DNA from: Candidatus Latescibacterota bacterium | GTDB lineage: Bacteria; Latescibacterota; UBA2968; UBA8231 | Assembly (NCBI GenBank): GCA_965206595.1 | Contig: OZ242214.1 | Span: forward strand, 6,462,675 to 6,526,674 | DNA length: 64,000 bases | Reading direction: 5' to 3' | Shown: positions 56,249-64,000 of the stretch, piece after piece | Layout of the letters: every line of letters starts with the position of its first letter | Numbering within the stretch: the first letter of the stretch is position 1 | Made by a program: the position numbers and the translations under genes | The notes under the pieces: generated by a model | Told to the model about the DNA's origin: nothing | Database searches by the model: none | What the model saw: the letters and a program-made list of their open reading frames with translations, nothing else

Positions 56249-59200
56249 TCAGATGCCCAGCTCCTGATGGACCTCGCCGGAGGATGTGCTCAGTCTGACC
56301 TTCCACCGGGTGTAACCGCCGTCGACAGTGACCTCGGCTTCGCCGGCGTCGGTCTGCAGCTCGAATCCGTAGTGGTCCGGTCTGACCGCGATCTCCGGCA
56401 GCGGGCCGTCGGCGCGATGGGCGGTGAGCATGGCGAGGAAGGGCCGGCCCGGTTGCGCATGGGCGCGCAGAATCATCGCGTGCTCCCCTCCGGTGCGGGC
56501 AAACAAGTCCCTCTCGCGGATGTCTTCGCGGGACCAGTACCAGGTGCGCTTGTACTCCGCCATCTGTCCAGGCTCATAAGAGCCGAGATGCGCATAGCTG
56601 CTGGTCAGCAGGTCGGGCTCCTGCGGTCGGGCGAAAGCGACGGCCAGGTCGATCCCGAGCTGTCCTTTGAAACGAGCCGTGGTCCCGGTCGCCCGCACGT
56701 TGTCGGCCAGAACCTGAATGCTCCAGTCGGTGGGCAGGGTTCCCGCGATGTCGTCGAGCAGCACCAGGGTTTCCAGGGGTTTCAGGTACAGCAGGTGACG
56801 GCGCCAGCGGTGTTCAGGCACCTGCTCCCACGGCGCGCTGACGTACTCGAAATGCTGGTGTCGAAAACGCCGCGGCCATTCGGGGAACTCCTGCAGCTCG
56901 GAGATGGTCTGTTCGGCGCAGAGAAAGTCGATCTCGGGGGAAAACCGGTGGGCGAGGAAACGCCCGGGATTGCGGCGGTCCTGCCTGTGGTCGATGGAGA
57001 TGCGGTTGTTCATCCAGGGCTGGTCCATCATCGGGCTGTACCCGGTCATGTAGTCGATCAGCATCGGGGTCCCGTAGGCATACCAGATGAAGCTGCCCTC
57101 GTCGCCGTCGAAGTGCCCCCTGTTTTTGCCGGTCTTGAACATGAGGAAGCCCTCGGTCCGCTTCCCGTCCCCGTGGCGGTGCCTCAGCATGGCCCCGGTC
57201 TTGCCGCACAGGCGCGAGTCGGCGACCTCGACTTCGACATCGTCGTCGAGCAGATCGCGGTCGATGAAACACAAGGGCTGGGCCCAGATTGTACAACCGT
57301 GCGCTCCGGCATCGCGCCAGTTTATGATGTAGGATCCGCATGCCCGCCAGGCGCGCATGCAGCGCAGGCTGAATTCCGGATCGATGGGGCGGTACACCTT
57401 CGCCGCCAGGGCCAGGAAGGCCGACTGGGAAAAACCGCCGGAGGAACCCGATGCCGTATGCCCGAGCGGCGGGTACATCCGCTTGTTTTTGTTGCGCGGG
57501 TCGGGCGGCGTCAGGGTATCGATCCAGTACTCGAGGGCTTTTCGAAACCGCGGCTTTTCTAGTAACGGTCGGGCTTCGTCGGTGCCCATGATCAGGGCGC
57601 ACTGCAGGAAATAGCCGAAATCAATGGTCTGATAGGTAAGCGCTTCATTCCCGGTCCCGGCGTCATCGATTTCGTTTTCCAGCACCCAGTCGATCTGATC
57701 GCGGATGGCGGCGAACCACTGCTTCTGCTTGGGATGTCCCTCGGCTCGACCCCCCAGGACGGCGCGCCCGAAGATCACGTGGGTGTTGAAATTCCGCATG
57801 CTGAGCGCCAGGCCCGATTCGTAGCGCGGCCAGGTGTCTTCGCTGATGATGGTCTCGGCCAGAAACAGCATCTTGCGCAGCAGGGCCAGGCGCTCCTCCG
57901 CGGTGAACTGCCCGCTGCCGAGAATGAAATCGAGAGCGAGCGCGTCGCGCGGAATCGACTGAGCCAGACTGATGCCGAAATTCCGCTCGTTGCCGATGCT
58001 GTACCCGAGCATGCACTCGACCAGGGGCGCAAATCGTGGAACCAGCTCTTCCTTGGCGCGTGCGGCGTAGGATTCGTCGCCGGTGGCCAGGTACCCGCCG
58101 GCCAGATCGCGCCCGATCGGGGGCAGTCCCTTGGCCAGCAGCATATCCTCTCCGGCGAGACTGTTGAAGAACTCGTCCTCGACATGGGCGAAGAAGGTCC
58201 CCCTGAACCAGTCCCATTCGTCCAGTGTCCTGCGGATCTCCGGCAGCTCGCCGGCGCCGAGAAAGATGCCGGGAAAGCGGGCCTCTTCGATGCCGGGCCA
58301 GTCGAGATCCATCCGGGCGTAGTCGTCGAGCCCCAGCGCCATCAGCCGCGCGCACAGACGGTCGATGTCGTTGGCGGGATTCCGCCCCGGCTCGCAGGAA
58401 AGATCGGCCTCTTCCCGGTCGAGCATGGCCAGCGCGAACGGCCTGACGCCTTCCTGCAGCGGCAGCGCCAGATCGATGCGCTTTTCGCCGTCGACCTCGG
58501 CCGCCGAGTGCTGCGCCCAGCGCAGCCGGTTGGCGTGGGTGTAGCCCGCTCCGGAGGGATGCCGCGTCCACAGCTCTCCTGCGGCCACCCGGGTCTGGGA
58601 GGGGCGGATAGGGGCCACCATCAGCACGTCCCGCCGCTCGCCGCCGGCATACCAGCCTGCCCAGATGTTGCTGCGATCAAATCCGTGCAGGTACATAAGC
58701 CCCAGCTCCATGCGCTCGGGTTCCGCAGGATAGCGCATGGAGTAGGTATGCCGGTGGTAGTCGAACTGGCGATAGATGGGCACCCGCGGGGACTGGGACG
58801 GGCGCCAGTACGCCTGGGTCGGCTCGAAGCCGCGCCCGAGGTGCCACACCACCGCCCCTTCCGCGTCGCCCTCCTGCTCCTGCCAGTAGCGCAGCGCGGC
58901 GGTGGCCGCGTCGACTTCCCAGGTCAGCCGGAGGGTGGAACCGTCGGCCAGCGCCCAGGTCTGGCGCAAGCGCACCACCACCGGACCGCCGGCAAGGAGC
59001 TCGCAGCGCAGGTCTTGCGCCGGCGGCGTGTCGGCGGCGAAGGAGGAGCCGCCGAACCAGATGCCGTCGGCACCACGGACGGCGATCATCGGACCGGCTT
59101 GCGGGTCGGCCCCGTCCCAGCTTATGCGCAGACCGAAGGACGCATTGGTCACCTCCGCTACACCGGGCGAGATCTTCAGGGAAAGAGGAGTGTCCGGTGG

Positions 59201-59431
59201 CGCGGCCGCCTCGCGCAGGGCGAAGGATTTGCGCGCCCCCGCGGGCAGATCCGTCACCCATGCGACCTTCGGCTCCGTGGCATGCAGCTGAGCCGCCGTC
59301 GCATTTCCGCTTTCGTCGATTACCTCCAGACAATCTGTCTGAGGTCTCGACTGCAGGTCGTGCCACACCACTTCGTCCGGCCAGTCGTGGTCGACGTACT
59401 CAACCAGATCCCATTCTTCCATCACCCGCAT
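56249..59431 (-). CDS. Heparinase II/III-like (polysaccharide lyase) family protein, tandem copy 1 (~1060 aa)
   Basis: MRVMEEWDLVEYVDHDWPDEVVWHDL... N-terminus with RBS GGAGA; Hepar_II_III-like C-terminal half (...GHFDGDEGSFIWYAYGTPMLIDYMTGYSP...); ~90% identical to copy 2. Confidence 0.65.
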   Translation of the reverse strand: MRVMEEWDLVEYVDHDWPDEVVWHDLQSRPQTDCLEVIDESGNATAAQLHATEPKVAWVTDLPAGARKSFALREAAAPPDTPLSLKISPGVAEVTNASFGLRISWDGADPQAGPMIAVRGADGIWFGGSSFAADTPPAQDLRCELLAGGPVVVRLRQTWALADGSTLRLTWEVDAATAALRYWQEQEGDAEGAVVWHLGRGFEPTQAYWRPSQSPRVPIYRQFDYHRHTYSMRYPAEPERMELGLMYLHGFDRSNIWAGWYAGGERRDVLMVAPIRPSQTRVAAGELWTRHPSGAGYTHANRLRWAQHSAAEVDGEKRIDLALPLQEGVRPFALAMLDREEADLSCEPGRNPANDIDRLCARLMALGLDDYARMDLDWPGIEEARFPGIFLGAGELPEIRRTLDEWDWFRGTFFAHVEDEFFNSLAGEDMLLAKGLPPIGRDLAGGYLATGDESYAARAKEELVPRFAPLVECMLGYSIGNERNFGISLAQSIPRDALALDFILGSGQFTAEERLALLRKMLFLAETIISEDTWPRYESGLALSMRNFNTHVIFGRAVLGGRAEGHPKQKQWFAAIRDQIDWVLENEIDDAGTGNEALTYQTIDFGYFLQCALIMGTDEARPLLEKPRFRKALEYWIDTLTPPDPRNKNKRMYPPLGHTASGSSGGFSQSAFLALAAKVYRPIDPEFSLRCMRAWRACGSYIINWRDAGAHGCTIWAQPLCFIDRDLLDDDVEVEVADSRLCGKTGAMLRHRHGDGKRTEGFLMFKTGKNRGHFDGDEGSFIWYAYGTPMLIDYMTGYSPMMDQPWMNNRISIDHRQDRRNPGRFLAHRFSPEIDFLCAEQTISELQEFPEWPRRFRHQHFEYVSAPWEQVPEHRWRRHLLYLKPLETLVLLDDIAGTLPTDWSIQVLADNVRATGTTARFKGQLGIDLAVAFARPQEPDLLTSSYAHLGSYEPGQMAEYKRTWYWSREDIRERDLFARTGGEHAMILRAHAQPGRPFLAMLTAHRADGPLPEIAVRPDHYGFELQTDAGEAEVTVDGGYTRWKVRLSTSSGEVHQELGI

Positions 59432-59463
59432 TCGTGTCTCCTCTGTCGGACTCACCCACTTCA

Positions 59464-62400
59464 TCAGATGCCCAGCTCCTGATAGACCTCCCCGGAGGAT
59501 GTGCGCAGCCTGACCTTCCACCGGGTGTAATCGCCGTCGACGCTGACCTCGGCTTCGCCGGTGTCGGTCTGCAGCTCGAATCCGTGGTGGTCGGGTCTGA
59601 CCGCGATCTCCGGCAGCGGGCCGTCGCCGCGATGGGCGGTGAGCATGGCGAGGAAGGGCCGGCCCGGTTGCGCATGGGCGCGCAGAATCATCGCGTGCTC
59701 CCCTCCGGTGCGGGCAAACAAGTCGCCCTCGCCGATGTCTTCGCGGGACCAGTACCAAGTGCGCTTGTACTCCCCCATCTGTCCCCGTTCGTATTTGCCG
59801 AGATGGGCAAAGCCGCTGGTAAGCAGATCGGGCTCGTGCGGGTGGGCGAAAGCCGCGACCATGTCGATCCCGAGCTGACCTTTGAAGCGGGCGCTGGTCC
59901 CGGTTGTCCGCACGTTGTCGGCCAGAACCTGAATGCTCCAGTCGGTGGGCAGAGTGCCGGCGATGTCGTCGAGCAGCACCAGCGTCTCCAGGGGTTTCAG
60001 GTACAGCAGGTGACGGCGCCAGCGGTGTTCCGGCACCTGCTCCCACGGCGCGCGGTCGTATTCGAACACCTGGTGGCGAAAGCGCCGCGGCCATTCGGGG
60101 AACTCCTGCAGCTCGGAGATGATCTGTTCGGCGCAGAGAAAGTCGATCTCAGGGGAAAACCGGTGGGCGAGGAAACGCCCGGGATTGCGGCGGTCCTGCC
60201 TGTGGTCGATGGAGATGCGGTTGTTCATCCAGGGCTGAGACATCAGTGGACTGTAGCCGGTCATGTAGTCGATCAGCATCGGGGTCCCGTAGGCATACCA
60301 GATGAAGCTGCCCTCGTCGCCGTCGAAGTGCCCCCTGTTGTTTCCGGTCTTGAACATGAGGAAGCCTTCGGTCCGCTTCCCGTCCCCGTGGCGGTGGCGA
60401 AGCATGGCGCCGGTCCTGCCGCACAGGCGCGAGTCGGCGACATCGACTTCGAGATCGTCGTCGAGCAGATCGCGGTCGATGAAACACAAGGGCTGGGCCC
60501 AGATTGTACAACCGTGCGCTCCGGCATCGCGCCAGTTCATGACGTAGGAGCCGCAGGCGCGCCAGGCGCGCATGCAGCGCAGGCTGAAGTCGCGATCGAT
60601 GGGGCGGTAGACCTTTGCCGCCAGGGCCAGGAAGGTCGACTGGGCGAAACCGTCCGATCCGGATGACGTATGCCCGAGCGGCGGGTACATGCGCTTGTTC
60701 CTGTTGCGCGGATCCGGCGGCGTCAGGGTATCGATCCAGTACTCGAGGGCTTTTCGAAACCGCGGCTTTTCGAGAAACGGCCGGGCCTCGTCGGTGCCCA
60801 TGGTCAGGGCGCACTGCAGGAAATAGCCGAAATCGAGAATCTGGTAGGTAAGCGCTTCGTTCCCGGTTCCCGCCTCGTCGATTTCGTTCTCCAGGACCCA
60901 GTCGATCTGATCGCGGATGACGGCGAACCACTGTTTCTGCCTGGGATGTCCGTCGGCTCGACCCGCTAGGACCGCGCGCCCGAAAATCACGTGGGTGTTG
61001 AAATTCCGCATGCTGAGCGCCAGGCCAGATTCGTAGCGCGGCCAGGTATCTTCGCTGATGATGGTCTCGGCCAGGAACAGCATCTTGCGCAGCAGGGCCA
61101 GGCGCTCCTGAGCGGTGAACTGACCGCTGCCGAGAATGAAATCGAGGGCGAGCGCGTCGCGCGGAATCCACTGTCCCAGGCTCATGCCGAAATTCAGCTC
61201 GTTGCCGATGCTGTATCCGAGCATGTGTTCGACCAGGTGGGCAAAGCGTGGAACCAGCTCTTCCTTGGCGCGCGCCGCGTAGGATTCGTCCCCGGTGGCC
61301 AGGTATCCGCCCGCCAGATCGCGCCCGATCGGGGGAAGCCCCTTGGACAGCAGCATATCCTCTGCGGCGAGACTGTTGAAGAACTCGTCCTCGACATGGG
61401 CGAAGAAGGTCTCCCTGAACCAGTCCCATTCCTCCAGCGTCCTGCGGATCTCCGGCAGCTCGCCGGCGCCGAGAAAGATGCCGGGAAAGCGAGCCTCTTC
61501 GATGCCGGGCCAATCGAGATCCATACGGGCGTAATCGTTCAGACCCAGCGCCATCAGCCGCGCGCACAGACGGTCGATGTCGTTGGCGGGATTCCTCCCC
61601 GGCTCGAAGGAAAGGTCGGCCCCTTGGCGGTCGAGCATGGCCAGCGCGAACGGCCTGGCGCCTTCCTGCAGGGGCAGCGCCAGGTCGATGCGCTTCTCGC
61701 CGTCGATCTCGGCCGCCGAGTGCTGCGCCCAGCGCAGCCGGTTGGCGTGGGTGTATCCCGCGCCTGAAGGGTGCCGCGTCCACAGCTCCCCTGCGGCCAC
61801 CCGGGTCCGGGAGGGGCGGATGGGCGCCACCATCAGCACGTCCCGCCGCTCGCCGCCGGCATACCAGCCCGCCCAGACATTGCTGCGGTCAAAGCCGTGC
61901 AGGTACATCAACCCCAGCTCCATGCGCTCGGGCTCCGACGGATAGCGCATGGAGTAAGTATGCCGGTGGTAATCGTGCTGGCGATGGATGGGCACCCGCG
62001 AGGAGGTGTGCGGGCGCCAGTACGCCTGGGTCGGCTCGAAGCCGCGCCCGAGGTGCCAGACCACGGCTCCGTCGGCGTCTCCCTTTTGCTCCTGCCGGTA
62101 GCGCACCGCGGCGGTGGCCGCGTCGACTTCGTAGGTCAGCCGGAGGGTGGAGCCGTCGGCCAGCGCAAAGGTCTGGCGCAACCGAACCACCACCGGACCG
62201 CCGGCAAGGACCTCGCACCGCAGGTCTCGCGGTTCCGGCGTGTCCGCGGCGAAGGAGGAGCCGCCGAACCAGATGCCGTCGACCCCGCGGACGGCGACGA
62301 TCGGACCGGCTTGCGGGTCGGCCCCGTCCCAGCTTATGCGCAGACCGAAGGACGCATTGGTCACCTCCGCTACACCGGGCGAGATCTTCAGGGAAAGAGG

Positions 62401-62643
62401 AGTGTCCGGTGGCGCGGCCGCCTCGCGCAGGGCGAAGGATTTGCGCGCCCCCGCGGGCAGATCCGTCACCCATGCGACCTTCGGATCCGTGGCATGCAGC
62501 TGAGCCGCCGTCGCATTTCCGCTTTCGTCGATTACCTCCAGACAATCTGTCTGAGGTCTCGACTGCAGGTCGTGCCACACCACTTCGTCCGGCCAGTCGT
62601 GGTCGACGTACTCAACCAGATCCCATTCTTCCATCACCCGCAT
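59464..62643 (-). CDS. Heparinase II/III-like (polysaccharide lyase) family protein, tandem copy 2 (~1059 aa)
   Basis: RBS AAGGAG; first ~450 nt nearly base-identical to copy 1 (59000-59431 vs 62210-62643). Confidence 0.65.
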   Translation of the reverse strand: MRVMEEWDLVEYVDHDWPDEVVWHDLQSRPQTDCLEVIDESGNATAAQLHATDPKVAWVTDLPAGARKSFALREAAAPPDTPLSLKISPGVAEVTNASFGLRISWDGADPQAGPIVAVRGVDGIWFGGSSFAADTPEPRDLRCEVLAGGPVVVRLRQTFALADGSTLRLTYEVDAATAAVRYRQEQKGDADGAVVWHLGRGFEPTQAYWRPHTSSRVPIHRQHDYHRHTYSMRYPSEPERMELGLMYLHGFDRSNVWAGWYAGGERRDVLMVAPIRPSRTRVAAGELWTRHPSGAGYTHANRLRWAQHSAAEIDGEKRIDLALPLQEGARPFALAMLDRQGADLSFEPGRNPANDIDRLCARLMALGLNDYARMDLDWPGIEEARFPGIFLGAGELPEIRRTLEEWDWFRETFFAHVEDEFFNSLAAEDMLLSKGLPPIGRDLAGGYLATGDESYAARAKEELVPRFAHLVEHMLGYSIGNELNFGMSLGQWIPRDALALDFILGSGQFTAQERLALLRKMLFLAETIISEDTWPRYESGLALSMRNFNTHVIFGRAVLAGRADGHPRQKQWFAVIRDQIDWVLENEIDEAGTGNEALTYQILDFGYFLQCALTMGTDEARPFLEKPRFRKALEYWIDTLTPPDPRNRNKRMYPPLGHTSSGSDGFAQSTFLALAAKVYRPIDRDFSLRCMRAWRACGSYVMNWRDAGAHGCTIWAQPLCFIDRDLLDDDLEVDVADSRLCGRTGAMLRHRHGDGKRTEGFLMFKTGNNRGHFDGDEGSFIWYAYGTPMLIDYMTGYSPLMSQPWMNNRISIDHRQDRRNPGRFLAHRFSPEIDFLCAEQIISELQEFPEWPRRFRHQVFEYDRAPWEQVPEHRWRRHLLYLKPLETLVLLDDIAGTLPTDWSIQVLADNVRTTGTSARFKGQLGIDMVAAFAHPHEPDLLTSGFAHLGKYERGQMGEYKRTWYWSREDIGEGDLFARTGGEHAMILRAHAQPGRPFLAMLTAHRGDGPLPEIAVRPDHHGFELQTDTGEAEVSVDGDYTRWKVRLRTSSGEVYQELGI

Positions 62644-62812
62644 TCGTGTCTCCTTTGCTCCGGACCCCACCCGCTTCTTGTCCCCACTTTTCTGCCCGTG
62701 GCCTGCATCACCCTTGAGATTGGTCCGAGCGCTCTGGATGCCTCCCGAAGGCCCTCTATATTGAGGCTCGATCCGGTCGACGGAAAAGATTGAACAACGA
62801 GAGATATCGTCA

Positions 62813-63856
62813 ATGGAACCCATCCCCATCGCCATCGTTGGCCTGAACTTCGGGCGCCATATCGCGCACGAAATCGCCCATGGCGAAGCGGGAAGGCACA
62901 TGAAGCTCGCTGCCGTCTGTGATATCGACGAAGACAAGGCGAAGCAGCGCGCAGATGAATACCGGGTACCGTTTTACACCGATCTGGATCAGCTGCTGGC
63001 CAATGAAGACATCCCGACGATCGGGTTGTTCACCGGGCCTGGCGGGCGAGCCGAGCTCCTGGACAGGGCTGTCGACGCCGGCAGGGATGTCATGACGACA
63101 AAACCGTTCGAGCTGGACTGCGACGCCGGCCTGGCAGTGTTGAGGAAAGCGAAAGGACTCGGTCGCGTAATCCATCTCAACTCTCCATCGCCAGTCGAGA
63201 CGCCGGACTTCAAGCTGATCCGTCAGTGGCAGAGGACCCACCGGCTCGGAAAGCCGGTGGCCTGCAGCACTTCGGTGTGGGTCCGTTACCGCGAAGTGCC
63301 GGATGGCCGGTGGTACGACGATCCCGGGAAATGTCCCGTAGCACCGATCTTCCGGATCGGTATCTATCTCATCAACGACCTGATCCGGGTTTTCGGCGAA
63401 GCGGAGCGCGTATCCGTTTTTTCGAGCCGTATGTTTACCCAACGACCCACGGCCGACAACGCTCAGCTGTCCATTCTGTTCAGGAGTGGGGCGCTGGCGA
63501 GCGTCTTTGCATCCTTCTGCGTGGAGGACGGCGATCACCATCGCCTGCGCATGGTGCTCAACTTCGAAAGGGGAACGGTGTATCGCAACGCGGATCCGGC
63601 ACGGAACAGCAGGCCGGGCGCGGACCTGACGCTCGTCATGGGCTCCCGGGACGTCGAGCGCGCCCTGGTGGAGAGCGAGCAAGTCGAGCGCATGAGTGGA
63701 GGCTATCAATGGGACAACTTTGCAGCTGCGGTCCGGGGTGAGTCCATCGATGAAACCACGACGCCCGAATCGATCGTCTCCGGACTGCGGATCATCGAAG
63801 CCATGGGTGAAGCGGAAAAAGGACCAGGCGTCGCAGAGGTCAAAAGGGCGGTATGA
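62813..63856 (+). CDS. Gfo/Idh/MocA-family oxidoreductase
   Basis: IAIVGLNFGRHIA...AAVCDIDEDKAKQRADEY...TTKPFELDCDAG. Confidence 0.75.
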   Translation: MEPIPIAIVGLNFGRHIAHEIAHGEAGRHMKLAAVCDIDEDKAKQRADEYRVPFYTDLDQLLANEDIPTIGLFTGPGGRAELLDRAVDAGRDVMTTKPFELDCDAGLAVLRKAKGLGRVIHLNSPSPVETPDFKLIRQWQRTHRLGKPVACSTSVWVRYREVPDGRWYDDPGKCPVAPIFRIGIYLINDLIRVFGEAERVSVFSSRMFTQRPTADNAQLSILFRSGALASVFASFCVEDGDHHRLRMVLNFERGTVYRNADPARNSRPGADLTLVMGSRDVERALVESEQVERMSGGYQWDNFAAAVRGESIDETTTPESIVSGLRIIEAMGEAEKGPGVAEVKRAV

Positions 63857-64000
63857 ACAAACGGATCGAATTCGATAGCGGGTTGAAGCCAGGCCGTCAA
63901 CAGGCCGCACAGCTGCAGGCGGCTATCGATGCCGTCCATGAGGGCGGTGGCGGCAGGGTGACCGTCGGACCCGGCACCTGGATCGTGACCACGCTTACAC
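63853..64000 (+). CDS. Right-handed beta-helix (pectate-lyase-superfamily/GH28-like) protein, 3'-truncated by window end
   Basis: MNKRIEFDSGLKPGRQQAAQLQAAIDAVHEGGGGRVTVGPGTWIV resembles the AIQ.AIDA....GGG.V..P.G.Y N-terminus of beta-helix glycosidases. Confidence 0.45.
   Translation, partial: MNKRIEFDSGLKPGRQQAAQLQAAIDAVHEGGGGRVTVGPGTWIVTTLT

Noticed and set aside
1-64000. CRISPR arrays, diversity-generating retroelement (template/variable repeat + reverse transcriptase), rRNA and tRNA genes
   Set aside because: No short direct-repeat/spacer arrays, no RT-like ORF, and no tRNA-like cloverleaf candidates seen in the intergenic regions inspected (6893-7143, 9158-9509, 12712-13053, 16576-16659, 17285-17556, 42348-42571, 44486-44659, 62644-62812). 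The variable region of the paralogs lacks an adjacent template repeat.

Overview
High-GC (~65-70%) bacterial window, most likely from an FCB-group or Gemmatimonadota-like lineage. A type IX secretion C-terminal sorting domain (Por_Secre_tail) is present, and E. coli-like sigma70 and sigma54 promoter motifs are visible. Gene content, 5' to 3':

(i) The end of a urease cluster (ureC 3' part, ureF, ureG; no ureE or ureD in the window), followed by tetrapyrrole genes (hemC, a cobA-hemD fusion) and an AIR-synthase-related gene.

(ii) An 855-bp IS5-family element with a frameshifted two-ORF transposase.

(iii) A sigma54-controlled module, the most coherent unexplained system in the window. It comprises a cytoplasmic beta-propeller/Y_Y_Y/sigma54 AAA+/HTH enhancer-binding protein; two near-identical -24/-12 promoters (GGCACG-N4-TTGC), each about 135-140 bp downstream of a CGTAT-N3-ATACG palindromic upstream site; a small Cys-rich secreted peptide; and four paralogous secreted ~325-aa proteins of unknown family. 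One paralog carries a G15 homopolymer in-frame, and two are a tandem duplication with an identical leader. The IS5 element sits exactly between the upstream palindrome and the promoter of the first paralog.

(iv) Fe-ADH, a LarA-like gene, Zn-ADH, an AAA-ATPase/PD-(D/E)XK gene, and an MNT-HEPN toxin-antitoxin pair.

(v) A long minus-strand operon encoding a discoidin-domain protein with a T9SS type-B-like C-terminal domain, three paralogous ~900-aa outer-membrane-like proteins with thrombospondin-type-3-like Asp-rich motifs, a 1081-aa TPR protein and two small envelope proteins.

(vi) A T9SS cargo gene with a textbook terminator.

(vii) A DUF4159 protein, lipoproteins, a 1669-aa M28-peptidase/MacB-FtsX-permease fusion with no ATPase nearby, two paralogous large polytopic membrane proteins each upstream of a carbohydrate-active enzyme, a sulfatase, and two tandem near-identical heparinase II/III-like genes.

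Four apparent single-base frameshifts (ureC, the enhancer-binding protein, a TolB-like gene, HEPN) suggest either assembly indels or real gene decay. Most long ORFs on the opposite strand of these genes are high-GC antisense artefacts. No rRNA, tRNA, CRISPR array or reverse transcriptase was found.
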